DNA from: Bacteroidota bacterium
GTDB lineage: Bacteria; Bacteroidota; Bacteroidia; Palsa-948
Length of the DNA: 64,000 bases
Reading direction: 5' to 3'
Assembly (NCBI GenBank): GCA_003164895.1
Contig: PLUL01000051.1
Span: 691-64,690 of the forward strand
In this document: piece by piece, positions 18,338 through 28,630 of the stretch
Layout of the letters: the number at the start of each line of letters is the position of its first letter
How positions within the stretch are numbered: position 1 is the first letter of the stretch
Position numbers and translations under genes: made by a program
Notes under the pieces: model-generated
Databases searched by the model: none
The model's input: the letters and a program-made list of their open reading frames with translations, nothing else
Told to the model about the DNA's origin: nothing

Positions 18338-18348
18338 TATTAATTATT

Positions 18349-21300
18349 TTATCTCATTATCGTTATTGGTCCGGTAATAGGAGTTGGAGATGATGCGCTA
18401 TTCAAATTGATGGTATAATAATATGTCCCAACCGATAAATCTTTTCCTTTGAATTTACCATCCCATCCACTTGAATTTTTATATCCTGTTTGGCTGAAAA
18501 TTAATTGTCCCCATCGGTTGTAAACATCCACCACACATTCAGGGTAAAGGTCGATGCCCGGAATTACCCATGTATCATTTTTCCCGTCTCCGTTTGGAGA
18601 AATGCCATCATTCGGAATAATAACAGGAACAAGAATTACTTTTACTGAATCTGAAGAGGTGCAACCGTTTCCATCCGTCACAACAAGTGTATAAGTAGTA
18701 GATACCGTTGGACTCGCCGAAGGATTTGCACAGGTAGTGCAACTGAGTCCGGTTGAAGGAGACCATAAGAAAGTTCCGCTTCCTGATCCGTTCAATTGAG
18801 CTGTGCCTCCGGCAAGAATTGTGGTATTACTTCCCGCACTTACAGAAGGAGAAGGAAATATTGTTACAGCAATTGTATCTGTATCATTACACATTCCATT
18901 GGTTGCTATGAGCGCATAATCTGTACTTAGAAATGGATTTTCATTGACACAGTTTGTTGAACCAATGTTTGTCCAAGTTGGGTTTTGAATTTGATACCAA
19001 GCAATAGAAGTTGCGTTCGTACTGCTGTTGCAAAGTATTACGGTTCCACCTGAACAGAAAGAAGTATCTTTTCCTGCATGAGCAATTACCGAAATTGTCG
19101 CGCTAACTGTCATTGAATAAGTAACAGAACATCCATGTGTATCGGTGATGGTAACTGAATCATTTCCGGTGCAAAGTCCCGAAATATTTTGAGTGGTTTG
19201 TCCTCCAAGCATCCAGTGGTAAGTATCTGCTCCTGTTCCGCCAGATGGAGTAATATTAATAGCGCCATTACAAACATTTGAACATGCAGAATTAGTAACG
19301 GTATAAGTGGAACTCAATACAATTGGATTAGTGAGAACAAACGTATTTGTAGAAGAGCAATGATGTGCGTCTGTAACAGTAAGCGTGTAGTTGCTTGCAC
19401 ACAATCCTGTAATTGCAGAAGTAGTTGCTCCGCCTGGATTCCATAAATAACTATATGGAGAAGTTCCTCCGCTTGGAAAAGCTGATGCAGAACCATCGCA
19501 AGAATTATTACACATCGGATTTATTACTGAAACACTTGAAGTAAGAACAGTAGGTTGACTTATGATGGCAGAATCAATACGCAAACATCCAATGGCATCT
19601 GTTACAGTTATGGTAAATGTACCGGCGCATAAACTATTTACGGCAGAAGTTGTTTGCCCGCCAGTCCACGAATAATTATAAGGAAATGTTCCTCCAAAAA
19701 TATTTATTTCCGCAGTTCCATCGCACAAAGCATTGCACGAATCATTTGTGGATGTTACCGTAGAAGTAAGAATCGTATTCTGTCCTATGGTCATTGTTGT
19801 TGTAAGAGTACAACCTTTTGAATCAATAATATCCACAGTATAATTTCCGGCACATTGCAATGAAATTGAAGATGTAGTTTGTCCTCCTGGCATCCAGTTA
19901 TAAGAATAAGGCGGATTTCCACCGGAAGGACTTAATGTGATTCCTCCAGTACATAAACCAAAACAAGTTGCGTTTGTTATTGTAGGATTAGATGCAAGCG
20001 GTCCTGGTTGATAGACATTAATAGGTGAAAGAGTTTTACATCCGTTACCATCGGTTACGGTAACAATATATTGTGCCGGATTAGGATTAGCACACAAACC
20101 TGTTGCTGTTACAGTTGTTTGCCCACCAGGGAACCATAAATAATTCCATGGAGGACCATTACCTGTTGCAGAAGCAACCGTTGCAGTTCCATTGCAAGCA
20201 TTATTACAAGTAACATTTGTTGAACTTAACGTGATAGTTGGACCCGTTGTATTGCTGATAGAAATGGTATCAACAGTAAAACAACCATTTATATCTTTTA
20301 TCGTATCTATATAAATACCTGCACAAAGCCCGGTAATGAGGTTTGTTGTTTGTACTGGAGTAGTATTCCAGGAATAAAAATAAGGTGATGTTCCACCAAA
20401 TGCAACTACAGAAATACTTCCATTACAAACCAAACAAGTTGCTTGTGCAATACCAGGAACGGTGCTAATAGGAATAGGCGAAGAAATTATTGTTGTCTGA
20501 ACAATAGAACAACCGTTTACATCAGAAAGAGTAAGCGTATAAGTTCCTGCACAAAGCCCTGTTGCTGTCGAAGTTGTTTGTCCGTTGCTCCACAAATAAT
20601 TGTAAGGAGATATACCGCCTTGAGGAGAAGAGGTTGCAGTTCCATTGCATCCTCCGGAACATGTAGGAGGAACTGGAGTAATGCTTGCCATTAATTGTGC
20701 AGGAGAAGAAATAGCAAAAATAGTATTGGTAGTACAACCATGTAAATCCGAAACAGAAAGTGTGTAGGAGCCAGTACATAATCCTGTTGCTGTGGAAGTA
20801 GTTTGTCCACTTGGAGTCCACAAATAAGCATAAGGAGCAGTACCACCGCTCGGACTTGCTGAAGCAGTACCATTACATCCTCCGAAACAGCTTGCATTAG
20901 TGGATGAAACAGTTACAGTGAGAGCAGTTGGTTGTGTAATAACAACAGATTGTGTGGAAATACATCCGTGTACATCTGTTACTGTTCCATCGTAATTACC
21001 TGCACAAAGTCCTGTAATGATAGCCGTTATTTGTGCAGGCGAAGTATTCCATGAATATGAATAAGGCGTGGATCCGCCGGAAGCTGTTATTGTTGCTGTT
21101 CCATCACAAATCAAATTGCAAAGATCATTGGTTGAAGAAATAGTTGTAGTCAATATTGCGGGTTGTGTAATAACAACACTTGCTGTGGCAATACATCCAT
21201 GGCTATCTGTAATGGTAATACTATAAGTTGGAGGTGAAGCAGACAGTCCTACAATTGAAGGTAAAAAGGAACCATTACTCCAAGCATAAGTATAAGGAGA

Positions 21301-24300
21301 TGTTCCTCCTGCTACATTCGCTGTCGCGGTTCCATCTCCATTTCCATTACATGTTACATTTGTCGCAGAAATGCTTACAGTAAGTATTGCAGGTTGTGTA
21401 ACTGCTATTGCAACAGTATCATCGCATCCAACATTATCCGTAATGACAACCGAATAAGTTCCTGATGTTAATCCTGATAAGCAAGAAGTTGTTTGCCCAA
21501 CAGGCAACCATTTATAAGTATATGGTGAATTCCCCCCCGATGGAGATAAACAAATATTCCCATTACTACCACCATTACAAGAAACGTTTGTAATAGTAGG
21601 GTTGGCACTCATCTGAACTGGATTAGTCAGGGTGGTAGATGAAAATGTAGAACAAAGAACATTGTCAGTTACTTTTACTATGTATGTCCCTGCACAAAGT
21701 GCTGAAATTGACGTGGTGGTTTGATTACCTGGATTCCACAAATAGCTATATGGCGGACTGACTCCGGCAACAGAAACAGCAATAGAACCATTACAACTTG
21801 CATTGCAAGTTGGATTAACGGAAAAGGTAACTGTAACCGTTGGACCCGTTGTGTTGCTAAGAGGAATGATAAATGGCTTTGAGCATCCTCCCGCATCAGA
21901 AATTGTTACAGTATAAATTCCGGCAGTAAGACCTGTAACGCAGGAAGATGTTGAAGCCCCGGGCGACCACAAATAAGTATAGCCAGGAGTTCCACCTGAT
22001 GGCGAAAGACAAATTGCTCCGTTATTTCCACCACACGCAGTAAGAGTAGTTGATGCGCCATCGCTTATCACAGAAATATTTCCTACAGTAACTGTATTTG
22101 TTGTCATACAATTATTTGCATCTTTAAGTGTAACAGTATAATTGCCAGAACACAATCCAGTTGCAGTTGCAGTATTTTGAACAGGAAATCCTGACCAAGA
22201 ATAAGAATATGCTCCAGTGCCACCCGAAGGAATTACTGTTGCAGTTCCATTGCATAATCCACAAGATGCGGATGAACTGCTCATTGCAGCGGAAAGTACA
22301 GGAGGATTTGTAAATGTAACCGTGTTTGTTAACACACATCCTGCATGATCATTAATTGAAACAGTATAAGTTCCGGCACATATTCCGGTTGCCGATTGTG
22401 TTGTTTGAACTGGCGAAGTATTCCAAGAATAAGTGTACGGAGCACTTCCTCCGGATGGATTTGCAGTTGCACTTCCATCACACGAACCTGGACAACTTAC
22501 ACTTGCTCCTGATTGTGTGATTGAAGAAGAAATCACAGGAGAAATAGTAACGGGAACAGAATTTGTACATCCATTTGCATCTGCCACAGTTACAGAATAC
22601 GTTCCGGTACATAAACCAGTAGCCGAAATATTGGTTTGTCCACCCGCAGTCCATAAATAAGTATAGGTCGGTGTTCCTCCACCGGTTGTTACAGTAGCAG
22701 CACCATTGCATAAAGAACAGTTAGGGGTAATGGATGATATAAAAGAACCAAGAGGGAAAGGTTGATTAATAATAACACCACTAATTGCAGAACATCCGTG
22801 TGCATCTGTTACCTGAACATTTATTAATCCTGCTCCTAATCCAGTTACAGTTTGAGAAGTACTTCCACCTGCCCACAAATAAGTATATGGAGAAGTTCCA
22901 CCTGCCGGATTTACAGTTGCTGAACCGTCATGTAGTCCTGAACACGAAACATTTTTTACAACTGATGCGTTTACAGTAAGTGTTGATGGTGCAGTAAGCG
23001 TTACAGTTTGTATGTTAGAGCAACCCTTGCTGTCAGTAACAGTAAATATATCACTACCTGCCCACAGACCGGAAATACTTGAAGTAGTTTGATTACTCGG
23101 TAGCCACGAATATGTGTAATTGGGTGTTCCTCCACCTACTGATAGTGAAATTACACCATCACCAACTCCGTTACATGTTGGGTTTGTTGCAGAAATTGAA
23201 ACAGTAAGAACAGCTGGTTGTGAAAAAGTAACTGATGTGGTTGTAGTGCATCCATGTAAATCTGTAGCCAAAAGAGAATAGGTGCCAACACTTAAACCTG
23301 TAATCGCTTGAGTAGTTTGACCATTACTCCATGAATATGTATAACCCGGAGTTCCACCATTAGGCGAAGATGTTGCCGTTCCATTATTATCACCATTGCA
23401 ATTTAAAGGATTAGGAGTAGCTGATAAAATTGATACTGTGAAAACAGGAGGTTGCGCAACAGTTATTGTCCCGGTAGCAGAACATCCGTGTTGATCAATC
23501 AATGTGAGCGTATAAGTACCAGCTGCAAGATTCGAGCAAGAGGAAGTGGTGCATCCACTTGACCAGTTATATGCATAGGGCGAAGTTCCTCCAGAAGCAA
23601 AAGAAGTTACACTTCCATTACTGCTGCCATGGCACAATTCTGCTACGCTGGAAAGATTTGGTGATAGTGCCCCAGGAGAAGAAACAGTAACGCTTGAGGT
23701 GGCAATACAACCATTCATATCAGTAACTGTAATAGAATAAGTTCCAACACCCAATCCTGCGCATGCAGAGGTAGTACATCCACTTGACCAATTAAACGAG
23801 TATGGAGAAGTTCCACCTGCAACCGTTGCGCTTACGCTTCCATCATGTAAACCGACACAACTTACATCGGTTTCTGATGGAGTAACTGTCAATAATGCTG
23901 GTTGAGAAAGTGTAACCGTTCCGGTAGCCATACAACCATTTATGTCATTTACATTTACAGTATATGTTCCAGTTCCCAATCCTGCACAGGCTGAAGTCGT
24001 ACATCCACTTGGAGACCAAGCGTAAATATATGGGGCTGTTCCACCCCCTACAGACGCATTCACTGTTCCGTTTAGCTGACCAAAACAGGAAATATTTGTT
24101 CCTGTTGGAGCAACAGAAAGTGCAGTTGGCTGAGTGATGGATATTGTACCCGTTTTAATACATCCATTTGCATCCGTAACAGTCAATGAATAAGTATTTG
24201 CACCGAGACCAGTACAAGCAGATGTTGTATATCCTCCGGGAGCCCATAAATATGAATAGGCTGGTGTTCCTCCTGAAACTATAGCTATTACAGATCCGGT

Positions 24301-25188
24301 AGGTGCTCCATTACATAGAAGATTACTTCCTGTTATTGTTATGGTAAGTGCCGGTGGAGAAGTAATAGTTGTGGTATAAGTTGCAACACAGCTATGTGAA
24401 TCTGAAACTGTGCATGTATACGGTCCGATACATAATCCTGTTATAGAAGAAGTGGTTTTTCCACCAGGAGCCCATGAATAAATATAAGGAGAAGTTCCTC
24501 CTGATGGAGCAACCCACGCTGTTCCGTTACAACTCCCAGCACAATTAATTGTAGTAGAATTCCCCATTGCAGCTAAAGGATTTGGTGGTACAAGATTAAT
24601 TGTCTTTGTTGCAACGCATCCGTTGCCATCTGTCACTGTTACTGTATGAAACCCACCGCCTAACCCCGTTGCAGTAGCAGCCGTCTGTACAGGTATGGTA
24701 TTCCACGAATAAGTATACGGAGATGTTCCTGTGCCTGTGGGATTGGCTGTTGCTGTGCCATCGACAAATCCAAAGCATGAAGGTGGAATAGGTGCAGGGC
24801 TTGCATTTATAATAAGAGAAGGAGGTTCGTTAAGACTGATATTAGCAATACAGTCATTCCCTCCGGTATCCCATACTTCTACGCTAATATTTCCGACAGC
24901 TAATCCTGTGGCTGTAGCTGTAGTTTGATGTGCTGGGTCATACCAATAATATGTATAGTTACCTGAAGGACTTGATGCAACAACAGTTGCCGTACCACTA
25001 AAATCACCCTTGCATTTAAGATCAGTTTCACTAATAACAAGAGTCATAGTACCACAAGTAACAGTTGCTGAAGAAAGAGCCTGCGGTTGAGTAGCATTTA
25101 ATAACGAATCACCAAAAAAATATTTCTGTGCAAAAGTACCTTGTACAAAGGCAAAAGAAAAAAGTAAGTATAAGAGTATTTTTTTCAA
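18349..25188 (-). CDS. Large SprB-like surface adhesin with SprB repeats and type B T9SS CTD
   Basis: TTG start with signal ending TFA-Q. About 26 units of roughly 75 aa (C....G......GG..PY.Y.W......T....GL..G.Y.VTVTD..GC) counted by eye. C-terminal IPNDGISPNGDGKNDTW...YNRWG...WDG...GTYYY. Confidence 0.92.
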   Translation of the reverse strand: MKKILLYLLFSFAFVQGTFAQKYFFGDSLLNATQPQALSSATVTCGTMTLVISETDLKCKGDFSGTATVVASSPSGNYTYYWYDPAHQTTATATGLAVGNISVEVWDTGGNDCIANISLNEPPSLIINASPAPIPPSCFGFVDGTATANPTGTGTSPYTYSWNTIPVQTAATATGLGGGFHTVTVTDGNGCVATKTINLVPPNPLAAMGNSTTINCAGSCNGTAWVAPSGGTSPYIYSWAPGGKTTSSITGLCIGPYTCTVSDSHSCVATYTTTITSPPALTITITGSNLLCNGAPTGSVIAIVSGGTPAYSYLWAPGGYTTSACTGLGANTYSLTVTDANGCIKTGTISITQPTALSVAPTGTNISCFGQLNGTVNASVGGGTAPYIYAWSPSGCTTSACAGLGTGTYTVNVNDINGCMATGTVTLSQPALLTVTPSETDVSCVGLHDGSVSATVAGGTSPYSFNWSSGCTTSACAGLGVGTYSITVTDMNGCIATSSVTVSSPGALSPNLSSVAELCHGSSNGSVTSFASGGTSPYAYNWSSGCTTSSCSNLAAGTYTLTLIDQHGCSATGTITVAQPPVFTVSILSATPNPLNCNGDNNGTATSSPNGGTPGYTYSWSNGQTTQAITGLSVGTYSLLATDLHGCTTTTSVTFSQPAVLTVSISATNPTCNGVGDGVISLSVGGGTPNYTYSWLPSNQTTSSISGLWAGSDIFTVTDSKGCSNIQTVTLTAPSTLTVNASVVKNVSCSGLHDGSATVNPAGGTSPYTYLWAGGSTSQTVTGLGAGLINVQVTDAHGCSAISGVIINQPFPLGSFISSITPNCSLCNGAATVTTGGGTPTYTYLWTAGGQTNISATGLCTGTYSVTVADANGCTNSVPVTISPVISSSITQSGASVSCPGSCDGSATANPSGGSAPYTYSWNTSPVQTTQSATGICAGTYTVSINDHAGCVLTNTVTFTNPPVLSAAMSSSSASCGLCNGTATVIPSGGTGAYSYSWSGFPVQNTATATGLCSGNYTVTLKDANNCMTTNTVTVGNISVISDGASTTLTACGGNNGAICLSPSGGTPGYTYLWSPGASTSSCVTGLTAGIYTVTISDAGGCSKPFIIPLSNTTGPTVTVTFSVNPTCNASCNGSIAVSVAGVSPPYSYLWNPGNQTTTSISALCAGTYIVKVTDNVLCSTFSSTTLTNPVQMSANPTITNVSCNGGSNGNICLSPSGGNSPYTYKWLPVGQTTSCLSGLTSGTYSVVITDNVGCDDTVAIAVTQPAILTVSISATNVTCNGNGDGTATANVAGGTSPYTYAWSNGSFLPSIVGLSASPPTYSITITDSHGCIATASVVITQPAILTTTISSTNDLCNLICDGTATITASGGSTPYSYSWNTSPAQITAIITGLCAGNYDGTVTDVHGCISTQSVVITQPTALTVTVSSTNASCFGGCNGTASASPSGGTAPYAYLWTPSGQTTSTATGLCTGSYTLSVSDLHGCTTNTIFAISSPAQLMASITPVPPTCSGGCNGTATSSPQGGISPYNYLWSNGQTTSTATGLCAGTYTLTLSDVNGCSIVQTTIISSPIPISTVPGIAQATCLVCNGSISVVAFGGTSPYFYSWNTTPVQTTNLITGLCAGIYIDTIKDINGCFTVDTISISNTTGPTITLSSTNVTCNNACNGTATVASATGNGPPWNYLWFPGGQTTVTATGLCANPNPAQYIVTVTDGNGCKTLSPINVYQPGPLASNPTITNATCFGLCTGGITLSPSGGNPPYSYNWMPGGQTTSSISLQCAGNYTVDIIDSKGCTLTTTMTIGQNTILTSTVTSTNDSCNALCDGTAEINIFGGTFPYNYSWTGGQTTSAVNSLCAGTFTITVTDAIGCLRIDSAIISQPTVLTSSVSVINPMCNNSCDGSASAFPSGGTSPYSYLWNPGGATTSAITGLCASNYTLTVTDAHHCSSTNTFVLTNPIVLSSTYTVTNSACSNVCNGAINITPSGGTGADTYHWMLGGQTTQNISGLCTGNDSVTITDTHGCSVTYSMTVSATISVIAHAGKDTSFCSGGTVILCNSSTNATSIAWYQIQNPTWTNIGSTNCVNENPFLSTDYALIATNGMCNDTDTIAVTIFPSPSVSAGSNTTILAGGTAQLNGSGSGTFLWSPSTGLSCTTCANPSASPTVSTTYTLVVTDGNGCTSSDSVKVILVPVIIPNDGISPNGDGKNDTWVIPGIDLYPECVVDVYNRWGQLIFSQTGYKNSSGWDGKFKGKDLSVGTYYYTINLNSASSPTPITGPITIMR

Positions 25189-25356
25189 ACCCGATAAATG
25201 TTATTGTTAATTAGAACCTTGTACGCTATAAAGGCAAATATGTTACAAATTTAGCAGTTGAAATTATTCGAAAAATATAGTTTTAAACTATCAAATGTGG
25301 AAATCGGGCTCAAATGAAAAAGAATGCCTACACAAAATCAGCTAACTACCATTTTC

Positions 25357-25599
25357 TTATCTATAAGGATTTTCTCTCCTCCTTTTGCCAGGATTAAATT
25401 TTTTCCATCGCTTAAACATTTGTCTTCTGTATTGTCTTTTCGCTTTTTTAGATGAACTGGCAAACTCTTTTGCTATTTCGCTGGGCTTTTCATCCGAATG
25501 AAGCCCATTGCGTTCGATATGTTCTTTTCGTGTATGGCAAGAAAAAATTCCAAGCAACAGAAAAATGCAAATAACAAAATATTTAATTCGGGAATACAT
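25357..25599 (-). CDS. Small basic lipoprotein of unknown function
   Basis: Probable start ATG 25599 (MYSRIKYFVICIFLLLGIFS-C, lipobox), K/R-rich C-terminus. The longer track ORF overlaps the upstream gene. Confidence 0.55.
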   Translation of the reverse strand: MYSRIKYFVICIFLLLGIFSCHTRKEHIERNGLHSDEKPSEIAKEFASSSKKAKRQYRRQMFKRWKKFNPGKRRRENPYR

Positions 25600-25651
25600 T
25601 TTACAAATAACAAAAACAGGAAACAAAAAAATCAGAAAACGAAACGAATGT

Positions 25652-26677
25652 TTACCATTCAAGTATATAAGCAAACATAAGCGGAGCCACAATGCTTGCA
25701 TCCGATTCAATGACAAAACGCGGAGTTGCAGGATTTAGTTTTCCCCATGTAATTTTTTCATTCGGCACAGCACCTGAATACGAACCATAACTTGTAGTGG
25801 AATCAGAAATCTGGCAGAAGTATGCCCAGAACGGAGTATCTTTTCTTTTTAGATCCTGAATGAGCATCGGCACAACGCAAATAGGAAAATCACCTGCAAT
25901 TCCGCCTCCAATCTGAAAAAATCCAACACCTTTTCCTTTGCAATTTTTTGTGTACCAATCCGCAAGAAAAGTCATGTATTCAATTCCGGATTTTATGATA
26001 GTAGCTTTTAAATCTCCGGTTACACAATAAGATGCAAAAACATTTCCAAGTGTGGAATCTTCCCATCCCGGAACAATGAGTGGAAGATTTTTTTCTGCGG
26101 CGGCAAGTAGCCAGGAATCTTTCGGATCAATTTGATAATATTGTTTAAGCTCTCCGCCTAAAAGAAGTTTGTAAAAAAATTCGTGCGGCAAATAGCTTTC
26201 GCCCTTTTCCATCGCACCTTTCCAAAGTTTGATAATGTGGCGTTCAATTCTTCGCATCGCTTCTTCTTCAGGAATACACGTGTCGGTAACACGATTAAAT
26301 CCTTTTTCAAAAAGAACTTGCTCATCTTGCGGGCTTAAATCGCGATAACCCGGAATGCGTTGATAATGATCGTGCGCAACAAGATTGAAAACGTCTTCTT
26401 CCAAGTTTGCTCCTGTGCAGGAAATTATCTGAACCTTTCCATTTCGAATCATTTCTGCCAAAGAAACTCCGAGTTCCGCAGTGCTCATTGCGCCGGCAAG
26501 CGTAACCATCATTTTGCCGCCGCCCTCAATGTGTTCTTTGTATGCTTTTGAAGCATCCACCACCGTAGCCGCATTGAAATGGCGATAATGCTTTTCAATA
26601 AATGTGGAGATAAGCTTTTTTGTGTTGCTTGGTTTTGTTACCAGCGTTTCAACGGATGTGTTTGCAGTTGTACTCAT
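25652..26677 (-). CDS. Deoxyhypusine synthase-like protein (probably polyamine/homospermidine pathway)
   Basis: LAGAMSTAELG, TGANLEED, NRVTDT, GGGIAGDF and YGSYSGAVPNEKITWGK (catalytic Lys region) motifs. TATTTTTG box at 26714-26721 on the minus strand. Confidence 0.9.
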   Translation of the reverse strand: MSTTANTSVETLVTKPSNTKKLISTFIEKHYRHFNAATVVDASKAYKEHIEGGGKMMVTLAGAMSTAELGVSLAEMIRNGKVQIISCTGANLEEDVFNLVAHDHYQRIPGYRDLSPQDEQVLFEKGFNRVTDTCIPEEEAMRRIERHIIKLWKGAMEKGESYLPHEFFYKLLLGGELKQYYQIDPKDSWLLAAAEKNLPLIVPGWEDSTLGNVFASYCVTGDLKATIIKSGIEYMTFLADWYTKNCKGKGVGFFQIGGGIAGDFPICVVPMLIQDLKRKDTPFWAYFCQISDSTTSYGSYSGAVPNEKITWGKLNPATPRFVIESDASIVAPLMFAYILEW

Positions 26678-26856
26678 GTTTGATAAATTTTATTTCTCAA
26701 AAAAATTAGTTTGCAAAAATATTTATTCTTCGGCACACTCACAAGGAAATTAAAAAAATAATTTTCAATCTTTACGGATGGAAAATAAATTCAAAATCAA
26801 AAAAATTTGAAAAAATTTATTTTGAATATTTAATTTTGACTTTCCCCATGAGGAAT

Positions 26857-28413
26857 TTATCCCGCAATAAGGATTTTAATTTTTTGTCCGGGGACAATTT
26901 TTCCGTCAGGAATATTATTCCACTGTTTGATTTGGTCAATCGTAACTCCGTTAATCTGCGCAATGTTCCAAAGTGAATCTCCTTTTTGTACTGTGTAATA
27001 TTTTAGTTTCCCATTTGAAGGTGTGGAAACAGCTGTAGAATCTACCGATGTTTTTGTCGCGGAATTTGTTTTTGAAGCATTAGCGGAATTTGAAACTCCT
27101 GAATTTACTTTTGAAGCTTGAGTTTGCGAAGAAGAATTTTTTACTGAAATATAAACCGTAAGTTTTTGTCCCGGTTTCAGTTTCGGGCTTTTTAAATGAT
27201 TCCATGAAATAATGTCTTCCGGGGTGCAGCCGTATTTTTTTGCAACCTTGCTGATGATTTCGCCTTTCTTCACGATATGTGTCTTTGGCACTTCCTGCAC
27301 CGCGAGCGATTGCATCAACGAATCTTTTTTAGCGTATTCATAAATTTGCGCTTCATTCGTAATGAAACTTCCTATTTTGGATGTAGGAAGACAAAGTGCG
27401 TAGCAATAATCATCCGAATGAGGAACCGTGCATCTTTTATAACACGGATTCAGATATTGAATTTCTTCCAAGGGCATTCCCAACACTTTTGCAATCTGTT
27501 GAAATGAAAGTTCTTTTTTTATAATTACAGTATCCACATCTGAAAATGTAATTCGCGGAACGGCAGGATATAAATTGTGTTCTTCGGCGTGCGACATCAC
27601 ATAATTTACAGCGATGAAAGCCGGAACATATCCTTGCGTTTCTTTTGGAAGATATGGTCGGATTTCCCAGTAAGTTGTTTTTCCGCCTGAACGCCTGATA
27701 GCTTTGCTCACCGTCCCGGGTCCGCTGTTATAAGCGGCAAGTACCATTTGCCAGTCTCCGAACATATCGTAAAGAAATTGTAAATATTCGCAAGCTGATT
27801 CAGTGGATTTATACGGGTCGCAACGCTCATCCACATAAGATGAAATTTTTAATCCCATCATTTTTCCAGTGCCGTACATGAATTGCCACAAACCCATCGC
27901 ACCGGCGCGGGAACGTGCACTTGGATTTAATGCAGATTCCACAATGGCAAGATATTTCAGTTCGAGAGGCATTTTATGTTTATCTAAAATTTCTTCCAGA
28001 ATCGGAAAATAAAGTTGTGTCATTCCCAGCACGCGGGAAACCATGGCGCGTTTTCGCACTGCATATAATTCGATATAACTCCGCACCGCGCTGTTGTAAA
28101 TTAAATCAAACGGAGATTCGGCATCCAATTTTGCAAGACGCATTGCGTAAATTGAATCGGAATAATTAGGAATAGAATCAAGAGGAAAACCATATTTGTT
28201 CGGAGTGATTTGCAAAGTAAGTTTGTCAAAAAATTTCAAGCGAGATAAACTATCCAGCATATAAGCAATTGGGTCATCGGCAAATATTCCGGTAGTATCT
28301 TTTGCGAGAGTATCGCTTGTTTTTGTATGCGTTAATGCAAAAGAGTTTTTTCCAAAAAGAAAAACAAAAGAGAACAAAAAAAATGCTGATAAAGTATATA
28401 TCCTATTTCTCAT
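26857..28413 (-). CDS. mltD: Membrane-bound lytic murein transglycosylase D with two LysM domains
   Basis: LAIVESALNP catalytic Glu, GLWQFM, LAAYNSG, LPKETQGYVP. Two LysM domains (HIVKKGE..., YTVQKGDSLWNIA). Confidence 0.9.
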   Translation of the reverse strand: MRNRIYTLSAFFLFSFVFLFGKNSFALTHTKTSDTLAKDTTGIFADDPIAYMLDSLSRLKFFDKLTLQITPNKYGFPLDSIPNYSDSIYAMRLAKLDAESPFDLIYNSAVRSYIELYAVRKRAMVSRVLGMTQLYFPILEEILDKHKMPLELKYLAIVESALNPSARSRAGAMGLWQFMYGTGKMMGLKISSYVDERCDPYKSTESACEYLQFLYDMFGDWQMVLAAYNSGPGTVSKAIRRSGGKTTYWEIRPYLPKETQGYVPAFIAVNYVMSHAEEHNLYPAVPRITFSDVDTVIIKKELSFQQIAKVLGMPLEEIQYLNPCYKRCTVPHSDDYCYALCLPTSKIGSFITNEAQIYEYAKKDSLMQSLAVQEVPKTHIVKKGEIISKVAKKYGCTPEDIISWNHLKSPKLKPGQKLTVYISVKNSSSQTQASKVNSGVSNSANASKTNSATKTSVDSTAVSTPSNGKLKYYTVQKGDSLWNIAQINGVTIDQIKQWNNIPDGKIVPGQKIKILIAG

Positions 28414-28425
28414 AAGTAATTAAAC

Positions 28426-28533
28426 GAAATTCGCTCCAATAAGTTTGCTCATTGGGCGTAATTTCTACAATGATAATCGAAAAAAACAATCAATTGGTCT
28501 AAGCATCGGACGTACTTATGAACGAATGATTGT
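28426..28533 (-). promoter_or_regulatory. Two stem-loops in the mltD upstream region, the first followed by a U7 run
   Basis: ACAATCA (28486-92) / TGATTGT (28527-33) with an inner stem, adjacent to A7 at 28480-86. Second imperfect hairpin GAAATT-CGC-T-CCAAT / ATTGG-GCG-T-AATTTC at 28426-28465. Confidence 0.5.
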
Positions 28534-28630
28534 GAATTAAGAATTTGCAGAAAAAATATTTGATGACCTTTTTCTCTCTGATAACTTACAATAGCGCACC
28601 CGGAAAATTTCCGATATTTACTTTTACAAA

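Noticed and set aside
18900-25050. SprB repeats as a DGR template/variable-repeat pair or recent DNA duplication
   Set aside because: Similarity is at protein level only. I saw no near-identical DNA pair differing at adenines, and no reverse transcriptase in the window.
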